A stretch of DNA of 63,807 bases, the filler included, from Octopus bimaculoides (lineage: Eukaryota): assembly GCF_001194135.2 (NCBI RefSeq). It is 5 parts of 5 records of this genome, joined end to end, with 100 filler letters (N's around TTAATTAATTAA, not from the genome) between each part and the next. Parts side by side here need not be neighbours in the genome. Positions count along the whole stretch, not along the records: positions 35,557 to 51,939 come from NC_068985.1; 4 more parts are not named here. One strand, given 5' to 3'. A program made the translations under genes and the position numbers. Below are positions 37,558 through 48,580 of the stretch, piece by piece. The notes beneath the pieces were generated by a model. The model did no database searches, was not told the origin of the DNA, and saw nothing but the letters and a program-made list of their open reading frames with translations. Every line of letters begins with the position of its first letter. Position 1 is the first letter of the stretch.

Positions 37558-38287
37558 AGGGCTTTCCTATAAGTATGTTATCTCCCTTGGCTAGGCGGCG
37601 CTCCATGTAGATAATTAAACTTCCGGAGGCTAACCCACGCCATTGTTATTGTTTTACGTCTTATCATGGATATAAAGCAGCTTGATGATTCAGCTATCGA
37701 AGTACTTACTGTGCCTGAGTTAAAGAAATATTTAAGATTATATGGACAGTATGTTACTGGAAGAAAGGTGGACTTGACTGAAAGGTTGAAAGGAATAAAA
37801 ATTCTGTCGATGAAGAATGTCAACAAAGTAAATTCATCGGACGATAAGTCTGAAGTATCGGACGATACTTCAGACAGGAATAAGCAGAAGCTTATATCTC
37901 CTCTCGGTGAAGTATTGCCTGATCTAAAGATCTTTGTAAGTTGCCGAATTTCACAGATAATGACATAATTACCTCGTGCTACGGCTGAAAGCAAAGCAAC
38001 AGTTAAGGAGTGGCATATTTTACCACGACAGAAACGTACACAGCATCGAATACCACGATGTGAGTGAAAGCTGCTTTCACTGTATTGTCCGGTGTCTGGC
38101 AATCCCTTCGATACCGACATCAAACCAAAAAAAGAATCCTGACCACAGAGTGTGGGTAATTATGTCAAATGTCACTGGCAATGTGCATTCAGCTGATTGC
38201 AACTGTTAAAGCAAGTCACTGAGCATGCGTACATGTCATACGGGAGAGTTCCAATCAGGGGTGGATAACACCTTATCGGAAAGCCCT
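37558..38287 (+). mobile_element. Complete 730-bp non-autonomous DNA transposon, ISL2EU-like
   Basis: TIRs AGGGCTTTCCTATAAGTATGTTATC / GATAACACCTTATCGGAAAGCCCT, flanked by AT at 37556-37557 and 38288-38289 (AT TSD reported for ISL2EU). Confidence 0.75.
37666..38209 (+). pseudogene. SAP-domain plus partial SWIM zinc-finger ORF, frameshifted
   Basis: LTVPELKKYLRLYGQYVTGRKVDLTERLKG (SAP); after frameshifts near 37940-37975, HRVWVIMSNVTGNVHSADCNC* (start of SWIM, CxC). Confidence 0.7.
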
Positions 38288-38289
38288 AT

Positions 38290-38510
38290 AGAGATGTTAT
38301 TGTTTCACTTTTCACACGTAATACTGAAATAGTGTAAGAGATAAGAGATTACTCCGGGCTTGCATTAGGCAAGAAGTTGAAATTTTTTGACCCATGGCAC
38401 TGCATGCACCATAAGTAAGGTATGTGTAAAATTTGAATGAAATCGGTTGGGTAGTTCTCGAGATTTAGTGATGCACACATACAGACAGACACACATTTTC
38501 AGTTAACTGT
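38290..38510 (+). mobile_element. Probable non-autonomous Helitron-like repeat, 3' part
   Basis: AAATTTGAATGAAATCGGTTGGGTAGTTCTCGAGATTTAG..ACAGACAGACAC resembles non-autonomous Helitron subterminal text. Confidence 0.4.
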
Positions 38511-38879
38511 ATATATGTGTGTGCGTGTGTGTGTGTGTGTGGTCAATCCAAACATGAACAAGCAAGAAAAAACACGAAAAAACAACAACGCGAGGACGAG
38601 GAATAAGTACAGTGTTATTGATATATATATATATGAGAATTTAAAATCACTTCTTTAACTTTCTAAGACATCTCAACGCTTCTAAAAGCAAACTTCATTT
38701 GTCTGTTTACGTTCATCGTAGTTTGAATTTAATATATACATATATATATATATATAATCAACTATCCTGTCGTAGATGACAGATGAGCTTTCTGCAATTT
38801 TTTGCTGAATAACCTGCATAGCTGATATGTTAATAGTGATCAAATGTATCTGCTGTTCATTAACTCACTCTCTTCATTA

Positions 38880-39060
38880 TATCGACATTGCTTGTAGCGG
38901 TGCCACTCTGTGCCACTCGTCAGATGTCGAAGTGACTGCGGAGCAACATGAGTTGAAGCGTTTTGCTCAAGAACACAACGCGCAGTCCGATCCAGGAATC
39001 GTTAGCACGATTTGCAATTGTGAGGGCAACACTCTAACCACTGGACCACGCGTCCTCCAC
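38880..39060 (-). mobile_element. tRNA-derived SINE (family A head)
   Basis: TTTTGCTCAAGAACACAACGCG..CCAGGAATCG..TAACCACTGGACCACGCG is the reverse complement of the head. Confidence 0.7.
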
Positions 39061-39589
39061 ATCATTCTTAAAACCACTATTACAACACTGCCAATAAAAA
39101 TACTATACAACCACAAAAACTATACCGTTACTACAACTGCACGGCTAGGACTACTACTAACACTACATCACTACCCCTACTATCACCACGACACCATTAC
39201 ACTACATCACTACTTCTTTAAGTTAACTACTACCAATACTATACAACTACCATCACCACCAACATCACTGCATTAGTAGCTCTGTCACTGTCATCACGAC
39301 AAAACACTACATCCTAGACAATAATGAGTTAGTTAAATATCTAAAACCAAACAGCTGAGCACATAAGTTGACCACCTACACAAGACACTCCCCAAAACGC
39401 TTCTGATGAAAAAAAATACCTGAAGCCTATACATGAAAAATTCCCACACGACGTGAGAATTTTAAAGAATAATGTGGACAAAAGACTTCGCGTAGGCCTT
39501 TCAAGAACCCTCACCAAAAAAAAAAGGTTATTCGTTCTTTAAGAGGTGAGTGACCTCTCTTTTATTTTCCTCTTCCCAGCATGGCCATA

Positions 39590-40370
39590 CCAAGAGTGAT
39601 TTGCATGAATAGACTTGGTCTGGAAGATAATCTCTTTGTTGAAAACCTCTGGCTGCTAGACATAGACGCGTCAGGCATTAGCGGGAGTAATATTTCTAGA
39701 ACGTACGCATTCGCAATTCCAGAAGACAAAGGGTTATTAACCTCTTTCAGTCGGGATCGTGTAGAGTGAAAGAATTGCCCCGGAAAGATCTTAGTTTCGA
39801 GAAAAGGATGATCTTGTCTCCGGGGAGTACGTTAGTGGCATGATCAGTTGTGAAGATACAAACTTTAGAAAAATTGCCGTTCCCAACCAGATTGAGGCAG
39901 GGTAGTCAGAATTTTTTCAAATGTCTACAAGCTTTTGCAGGAAAGTAGATAATTGGAACTGGATATTAGACGCCCGCTGGGATTATGGGAAATTGCTGAT
40001 TGAGGAGTGTAAAAGCTTTGCAAAAGATCTGTTCAGGCAGTTCCAACTGTTGGATAGACACCTACTAAACTTCTCAATAGGCTTGGACAAACTGCAGTTG
40101 AAAGGGACAACGTGAGATGTCTACGATGTCTACTCATAATTTGGAGAAGAAAGTCCACGCCAGTCAGTGGCGGAGTGGACTTTCTTGTTCGCGCCAGATC
40201 TCCAAACCGGTAGAGACTTGAACGAGGTTATAAGCAGAGTGACCGCTTTAACCTAGAAATAGCCTGAGAGAAAGATATCTCCGAAAGTTTGGGTAGTGAT
40301 GGTGAACGCATAAATTGCCTCAGTTCACTTCGTATCGCCTGACCGACATGTCTTGCCCTAACCCGTATTT
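39590..40370 (+). mobile_element. Tx1/L1-type LINE APE endonuclease remnant, heavily decayed
   Basis: CMNRLGL..LDIDASGIS, FRKIAV-PN, EFFKCL, VDNWNWILDARWDY resemble the NVRGL, VYAPN and GDWN APE motifs; many stops and frameshifts. Confidence 0.5.
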
Positions 40371-40404
40371 CAACTGGATGAAATCGTCAGGTGATACCAT
40401 CAAA

Positions 40405-40790
40405 CTTAGTATATGACTAGTACTTTATTTTATCGATTCTGAAGGGATGAGAGACAAAGTCGACTTCGGTGGGATTTAGAGATGAAATAAATAATAAAAC
40501 GGGGCACTGGGATCAGTGTAATAAATTAATTCCCTCCTCTAAAATTGTGCCAAAATTTGAAACTGTCATTATTGTTAAAGGTAAAGCGATAACCAGGCAG
40601 AATCGTTAACCCATCGGACAAAATGCTCAGTGGCATTTCTTCCGGCTCTTGAAGTTGTGAGTTCATATTGCCTTTCAGGGGTCGATAAAATAAGTACTAG
40701 TTGAGCACTGGCTTCGAAGTAATAAACTGACTCTCCCCTCCTAAAATTGCTGGCCTTGCGCCAAAATTTGAAACAATTACTACTATTGTT
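40405..40790 (-). mobile_element. Two tandem CORE-type SINEs
   Basis: TTTATCGATTCTGAAGGGATGA..AAAGTCGACTTCGG and CAGGGGTCGATAAAATAAGTAC-type segments, both with GCCAAAATTTGAAAC tails. Confidence 0.65.
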
Positions 40791-40997
40791 CAAGTTGACA
40801 ACTTCTCCATTATTTCAAGTTCCTTGCGAGAGATGAAATCATCAAATGCTTTGTGTATATGTATATATTTATGTGTGCATGCGTGTGTATATAGCTTTCA
40901 AAATGTATCCGTATTTACTATTTCATGAGTTTGTACTTGTGTATCTATTAACGTACCTCCTTCTACGTTCACACACACACACACACATGTACAGGCA

Positions 40998-41060
<63 letters not shown>

Positions 41061-41288
41061 TTGTGCGTATATGTATATATATATATATATGGTTATTCAT
41101 TCATGGGTGTGTGTTTATTTATACACCCATACTTTTATGTACGTATTTGTTTAAACATGTACATGAGTGTATGTATGTACATAAGTGTATACGCTTTGGT
41201 TATAAATATATATACTTTCCTTTACACGCACAGACACACACAATGTATAAACATATATACCTATTTTTTCTATCTATCTATCTATCTA

Positions 41289-41323
<35 letters not shown>

Positions 41324-41445
41324 TCACACATACATTTACATATGCGCATAAATATATATGTATGTGTGTGTGTGTGTGTGTGTTTGCAAACATTTATGTA
41401 CACATTAAATACACACTCGCACACAGTTACACACACACTTACACA

Positions 41446-41489
<44 letters not shown>

Positions 41490-42271
41490 CCAGTCAGAGC
41501 TGAATTAAAATGATCAATCTGGTCAAAAGAAGAAATACCTGTATGAATCTCAACATACCACCTTTACTTCCCTCTCCGTCACCGCCACAACCACCACCGC
41601 CACCTNNNNNNNNNNNNNNNNNNNNNNNNNNNNNNNNNNNNNNNNNNNNNNNNNNNNNNNNNNNNNNNNNNNNNNNNNNNNNNNNNNNNNNNNNNNNNNN
41701 NNNNNNNNNNNNNNNNNNNNNNNNNNNNNNNNNNNNNNNNNNNNNNNNNNNNNNNNNNNNNNNNNNNNNNNNNNNNNNNNNNNNNNNNNNNNNNNNNNNN
41801 NNNNNNNNNNNNNNNNNNNNNNNNNNNNNNNNNNNNNNNNNNNNNNNNNNNNNNNNNNNNNNNNNNNNNNNNNNNNNNNNNNNNNNNNNNNNNNNNNNNN
41901 NNNNNNNNNNNNNNNNNNNNNNNNNNNNNNNNNNNNNNNNNNNNNNNNNNNNNNNNNNNNNNNNNNNNNNNNNNNNNNNNNNNNNNNNNNNNNNNNNNNN
42001 NNNNNNNNNNNNNNNNNNNNNNNNNNNNNNNNNNNNNNNNNNNNNNNNNNNNNNNNNNNNNNNNNNNNNNNNNNNNNNNNNNNNNNNNNNNNNNNNNNNN
42101 NNNNNNNNNNNNNNNNNNNNNNNNNNNNNNNNNNNNNNNNNNNNNNNNNNNNNNNNNNNNNNNNNNNNNNNNNNNNNNNNNNNNNNNNNNNNNNNNNNNN
42201 NNNNNNNNNNNNNNNNNNNNNNNNNNNNNNNNNNNNNNNNNNNNNNNNNNNNNNNNNNNNNNNNNNNNNNN

Positions 42272-42331
<60 letters not shown>

Positions 42332-42961
42332 GAAGAAACTGATTGTTATCAGACTTGGAGAAAGATGAGCTACCGCCAGATTTAGATGATTAAGACGCGC
42401 TCCGTATCACGACAACTTATCTATATCTGTATGAGGAGGAGTTGAGGACCGATGGCGAGAAAAGGCAATGATTTCATAGATTTGGCATAATTCCCACAAA
42501 TTTTGGCAATGGCGGGGAAGTTGTCCAGTCGATTGAATTAACCTCAGTATATAGCTGCTTAGCAGAGCCTCAGCAAAGTAGTCGATCCTGTCGAGGGTGT
42601 CAAGAGGCGCAAAATTTATTTCTTCTTACTTTTCATATGTTACAATTAAAGTGGGAACGTTAAATCTGTCTTCGCCTCTCGGGTACTCAAAATTCTTGCT
42701 ACTCCACAGAAAACTGGAATTTATTCTTTATTTCAATTTTGATAAAGCGATTTCTAAGATGTCTCATATTTTAACAGGAAAGTATACATTTCATTAAATT
42801 CTCAGTATTTGACCGTAACATAATTTTGGAAATTTGGAATCCTGAAGAATGAATGTTAAAGTCGACTCAAGTCCGGTTTGGATTTGAATTCTGAACTTAA
42901 ATGGACACAGCTAAATACTGCAAAGGCTCTATTGTTTCTACAGTTTTGTGAATGTGTGTGT

Positions 42962-43001
<40 letters not shown>

Positions 43002-43099
43002 TTAATCTTTTTAAAACTTTTTATATTGACAAAGGGACAGATAACTGTCTTGTGAACGTGGAAATCGCACTCAGACCTTACCTTGTGCTTATTTTAACA

Positions 43100-44190
43100 A
43101 CTACTGAAAGATAAAAGCTATAGCTGATGTCACCCAGCAAGATTTGAATTCAGAACATTAAAGGAAGGAAGGAAAGCAAATACCGCAAAGCCATATAGTC
43201 CGGCGCTTTATTTCTTGTCACCATACAGCTCTCCTCCTTTTGGTTTTTTTTTACTTCTTAATGGTAATTGAGATGTAGGCACAAGGCCAGTAATTTCAGA
43301 AGCAGGTTTAGTCCATTATAGATCTGCAAGACTTGACTGGATATTGTATTTTATCGACCTCGAAAGGACGCAAAGCAAAGTTGATCTCAGCGAGATTACC
43401 ACAAAGTAACAATTCAAACAATTCTATTAGGATTTTTTCGTTTTTTTTTTTGTTTTTTTTTACTTTGACGCTATCCACAAATTAATTTGACAGTGGCAAT
43501 GGAGTCTATTTTGTGTGACTGCAGTGCATAATTGATATTAATGCGCATTACATTCTATGGCAGCGAGCTGGCAGAATCGTTAACGCATCAGACGAAATGC
43601 CTCGCAGCATTTCTCTCGGTTCTTAATGTTCTGATCTCAAATCCAGTCAAGCTGAACTTTTCCCTTTAAGGGGTTGACAAAATAAAGTACCCGTTAAAGT
43701 ACCATCAAAATTGTTGCTCTTGTACCAAAATTTGAAATCAATTTAAATTATATTTTTGCAAAAACAATTAATTATCGATTAAATAAATACCAGTAGATTA
43801 TTGGTTCTTATTTTGTCGATCACCCCACTCAGAAGTTAACCCCGGACGATATAAAACTTGAACATGAAGATACGTAAATAAATACCTTAATTTTGCTCAG
43901 GACTTAATCGATTCTGCCACTGCCACCTACTGCTCTCTGGTTATTTATCTTACATTGGCACAAGGCCGTACAATTGTTGGATTAAATAATTCATCTAACT
44001 GAAGGCTATATAATGGTTTCTCAATTAGATACAAGGCCAGCAATTTTGATAGGAGAAGTTAAGTCGATACCAAAGTCTCAATACTTGACTGGTATTTCGG
44101 CGGGATTTGAATTCCCATAAACAAACGTAAAGAACCAGAAAAATACGGTACTGCATATAGTCCGACACTCTAACGAATCTACCAGCTCGA
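43100..44190. mobile_element. Cluster of CORE-type SINE copies in mixed orientation
   Basis: Plus copy 43558-43740 (GGCAGCGAGCTGGCAGAATCGTTAAC); minus copies at ~43100-43420 and ~43955-44190. Confidence 0.65.
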
Positions 44191-44334
44191 CGCCTTACAG
44201 ATAGTTACATAATACTTACGCTTATTGTATGGACCGGAAATTATGAAAAGCAAAGTGAACGATAACTGAACGATAACTAAATATTGCAAGGTCTTTACTC
44301 TCGCATTCTTACAGTTTGTGCTCTTCCAGCGACA

Positions 44335-45055
44335 TCTATAATAGTAAATGGCAAGGTTGTGTGTTTGTGAATTTGTTACTTTAACTCATCCGAGACTATC
44401 CAACAGACCGTGATGAAACTTGACACGTGTGTGGAGCTTATACCCATGCGGTCACTTACGCACTTGGAATTTTTTAAAAATCGATTTTTAATCAGCTTCG
44501 ATTTTTCAAAATTCGTAAAATGCCGAAATTTGGCAAAAAATATTTCATGAGTATAAACAGACAGCTTATTAACGGCAATCTGTTTAGCATTTGCTAATTC
44601 TTCATTTCAATACGAATTCTTTTGATTTGCTAAAACTTAGTATTTTAAATCGTTGTTTTAATTCCCCAGCATTTCAGGTTTTAAATAGGTAAGTCCTTTT
44701 TATTTCTCAAACACAATTTAGGTATTTTGCGCACTAGCCGTCGTGACATCAATTTGACGAATTCTGCCCCCAAAGCGTAAAATTTCGCCGTTTTAAGCAC
44801 ATGCACTAAAAGGACGACGATACGGGTTCGCTACCAGACTCTGCTCATTTTTTCCTTAAATTAGTCCTACCCATTAATATAGATTTTAAATTTCTGAAAA
44901 ATGTCGAAATTCGGCGAAAAATGTTTCATGGCTATAAACAGACATCTTAACGGTAATTTATTTAGCATTGTTTTGATTTGCTAAAATCTATTTCAATTCG
45001 TTGTTTCAATTCCCTTGCGATTCAGATTTTAAATAGGAAAGTGAATTTTATTTTA
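44335..45055 (+). mobile_element. Non-autonomous Helitron-like element with internal diverged duplication
   Basis: A|TCTATAATAGTAAATG 5' end; GATGAAACTTGACAC motif; ~200-bp diverged direct repeat (44500-44700 vs 44885-45050). Confidence 0.5.
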
Positions 45056-45529
45056 GGGAAGTGGGTTCTAATGTGTCTTTGAACAAGACGCTCCATTTCA
45101 TATTCCTCCAGATTTCTCAGATTAAATGAATACGAAGCCCAGTGCTGGTGCATCCTGTCTCCCTCTAGCTGTTATATCCTGAGTGTTTTGATGACTTCAA
45201 GATGGATAGCCAAAGGGATGTCAAAATGTGAGCTCGCGACTACAAAGGCACCTAAAACAACTGACCAAAGAAAGGTACATGCTGCCAATTCAAACTGACT
45301 TGCTTGTGACTGTTGCTGTTTATTCTTTCGTACTAATTATGGTCGGTAGAGTATTTGGCATCAGTTCAATTTATAGCAGTGATCACACCATATAATGTTG
45401 ATTTTTAACAGAAAAATAACAAAGACTCAATAAATTTTCCGTTTCTTATCCCACGTATTTGTCATGGAGAATATTTCACGTCACATTTTGATTCTAATTT
45501 ATGCTTTTCTATCGTACTTCTAATACTAG

Positions 45530-45730
45530 TTTCAAATTTTGGCACAAGGCCGGGAAGTTCGAGGAGTGGGTAAGTCGTTTACATCGACTCCAGTGCTCAT
45601 CTGGGAGGTACTTATTTTATTGACCCTGAAAGGCAAAGTCAACCACGGTGGAATTTGAACTCAGATCTGAAAGACGGGCGAAATACCGCTAAGCCCTTTT
45701 CCCAGTACGCTAACGATTCTGCTAGCTCAT
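45530..45730 (-). mobile_element. CORE-type SINE
   Basis: TTTTGGCACAAGGCC..TACTTATTTTATTGACCCTGAAAGGCAAAGTCAAC..GCTAACGATTCTGCTAGCTC. Confidence 0.8.
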
Positions 45731-46207
45731 GTCTCTGATATTATTGTATGAAAATACGAAAAGAAAAGTGATCAATAAAAAGTTTGTTGATGCAGTCGAT
45801 AAGGCACCTGTCAGCCAGTAAATAAACTGCTGGTTGTTGCCCAGTTACTGATCCTGCTTTGGACATGTAACAAAGAGGCTTTTCTCTAAACAACCCAGAT
45901 CATTTAACTGTAAGTACTGCATAAAGTACGGTGAACTTTATGTGCGATTCATTTATACTAGTAGTGCCGAGTTCAACTTCTCTGGTGGGGGAAAAAGTTA
46001 TTTACACTATGAAATTAGCAAACTCATGAGATGTATTTATGTTTTTTTGGGGGGAGNNNNNNNNNNNNNNNNNNNNNNNNNNNNNNNNNNNNNNNNNNNN
46101 NNNNNNNNNNNNNNNNNNNNNNNNNNNNNGGGGGGGGGGGGGGGGGGTAGTTACCCTATGAAGATAAACCGAAGCTATAAATAATTTGTCTCTTTAAACA
46201 TCATGTA

Positions 46208-46530
46208 AAGGTGCGTAGCTTAGTGGTTAGTGTATCCGGCTCACAATCGTAAGGTCGTGAGTTCGATTCCCTGCGGCTCGTTGTGTCCTTGAGCAAGACA
46301 TTTTATTTCCCGTTCCTCCAGCTTACTCAAATGGCAAAAATGAGTAGTACCTGTATTTCAGAGTCATAGACTTGTCACATTCTATGTTACGCTGAATCTC
46401 CCTGAGAACTACGTTATGGGTACACGTGTCTGTGGAATGCTCAGCCACATGCACGTTAATTTCACGAGCAGGCTGTTCCATTGATTGGATCAAGTGGAAC
46501 CCTCGTAATCGACGAAGAGCCAGTTATATA
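46208..46530 (+). mobile_element. tRNA-derived SINE (family A), full length
   Basis: A box TAGCTTAGTGG, B box GTTCGATTC, GTGTCCTTGAGCAAGACA, then the core shared with 1790-2168. Confidence 0.85.
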
Positions 46531-47719
46531 AAACATCATGGATAGTTGCCCTTCCTCTTCTGGCTAAGCCCTTCTCCTTACTTTGAAATTTGTCTTAAGT
46601 CTATTCAACGTGAAAGGAGGTAAATGATCGAATACATAGGGCATCGGACAACCAGCCAAGAGGTCGGAATCCCTATCTTCTCAATGGTACTAATAGCATA
46701 TACCAGACACCGCCAAAAATATTTTGGGATCCCGCCTCTCTAGTAATGAGTAGAGCAAAGCTTGCATCTATATGATTTTTTTCGCCTTCATGTTGGACAC
46801 GTTTAAAAAGTTTAAAATTACAAGCTAGTTTCTGATGGAGTTTCTCTGTCTCCATAGAGACAAGTTTAAAATCACTACACCCCATTTTTGTCGGTCCTCA
46901 CTCCCCCACCCATATGAGAAACACTGACCTAGTTTATTTAATTTTGGCTGTACTTAAATTAAATACAGTAGGGAGGTATAATTCACCTATGTTGACAATG
47001 GTAGCAGAACTATGGAATTAATGAATTGCTAGTGGACCATCGGTTTGAACTTGAAACCTCATAAATACCAAGCGAACTGCTAAACCACACCACAATACAT
47101 GTGCTCGGCTCGTTCGTACTCTGGGACCTCCTGTTTCCAGTGAGGGCGACTGGCCAATTAGAGAATTAAAAGATTTAGTTCAAGCTACATAAATGCTTGG
47201 ATAGCAGGATCCGTGATATCGACTTTTGACTGGATACTCTGAATACATACACAGTGGCAGTTGCCTTGAATTTATATGCGGTTAAGAAAAGTCTTTCTAA
47301 TTAAGTATTCAATGCTCTCACTGCATAAAATATTCAAATACTAACTTTACTTTCTGTTGACACGTCTGTAACATTAATTCAAAGTTATTATACTGCTTAG
47401 AAGATTCTTTGAAGATTTCCTAATGTCCCGCTTTGTATTGTCGTTAATGTTATTTGCTATCTTTTTGTGAAACAGAACTTTCACTTTTTGTTCTTATGAA
47501 TTCATTTATTTCCATTGCTTTTTCCCAGTGTGTGACTTTTTTTTTACTACTAGCTCCTTCTAAATTCACAGAACATTTGTTACGCCTAATTACATATTCA
47601 TACAGAACAGTTGTTTTTATTAATTGTGTTCTTGTTTTGTGGTGTACCTATTTTATAAAAACAAACAATCTACCCTTTTTTTCTAACATTGTTTATTTTT
47701 ACCGTTTTTTTTTTACTTG

Positions 47720-47915
47720 TTTCAGTCATTGAACTGCGACCATTCTGGTGCACCGTCTTAAAGGGTCATAGTCGAACAAATCTACACCATTACTTATGTT
47801 TTACTTGTACTGGTGTTCTCTTTCGACGAACCACTGAATTACGGGGACATAAAAAAAACCACCACCGGTTATCAAGCGGTGGGAGGTGACTAACACATAC
47901 ACAGAAACACACTCA
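47720..47915 (-). mobile_element. Family B SINE, 3' half, decayed
   Basis: TTTCAGTCATTGAACTGCGACCATTCTGGTGCACCGTC..GAACCACTGAATTACGGGGAC. Confidence 0.65.
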
Positions 47916-48039
47916 CATAGACATATGTATGTACACACACACACATAATGTGTGTATGTGTGTGTGTGAAGTATCGACTTATACCCCCCACCTCCACACT
48001 CACAATTGTTGGCTCTGGACCGAAATTAGAAAGGACTAT

Positions 48040-48580
48040 TAGCGAGGTGGCAGAATCGTTAGCAGGCCGGACAAAATGCTTAGCGGCATTTCATCCGTCT
48101 TTACCTTCTGAATTCAAATTCCTCTGAGGTCGACAACACCCTTTATCCTTTTGGAGTTAATAGAATATGTACCAGTTGAGCACGCACTAAGCTCAATATA
48201 ATCAACTTAGCTCCTTCCTGAAATACTTGGCCTTGTGTCAAAACTGGAAACCATTATTTAATTTTTTTCTATAACAACTTTTAAAACACAGTCGAGTACT
48301 CGTGTCCATTCATTGGAGTACATAACTCCCCTAAAAGATGGTAACATCTGCGGTAATGTAGTAAGTGTCGAGCTGGCAGAGTCGTTAGCATCTCGGCTAA
48401 AATGTCTAGTGGCAATTTATCCGTCTTTAAGCTCTGAGTTCAAATTCCGCTGAGGTCGACTTTGCCTTTCATACTTTCAGAGTCGACTAAATAACTACCA
48501 GTCAAACACTAGGGCCGATGTAATCGACTTACCCCAACCTCGAAATTTCTGACCATGGGCCAAAATTTTAAATCAATATT
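48040..48580 (+). mobile_element. Two co-oriented CORE-type SINEs
   Basis: Units at 48040-48255 and 48367-48580 with GGCAGAATCGTTAGCA / GAGGTCGACTTTGCCTTTCAT. Confidence 0.8.

Noticed and set aside
45169-45274. Exon-like segment with AG/GT ends and an open frame (CYILSVLMTSRW..DQRK)
   Set aside because: No recognisable homology or partner exons; such cases are expected by chance in 64 kb.
46208-46285. Possible tRNA gene
   Set aside because: A and B boxes are present but it continues into the SINE body and lacks a paired acceptor stem.
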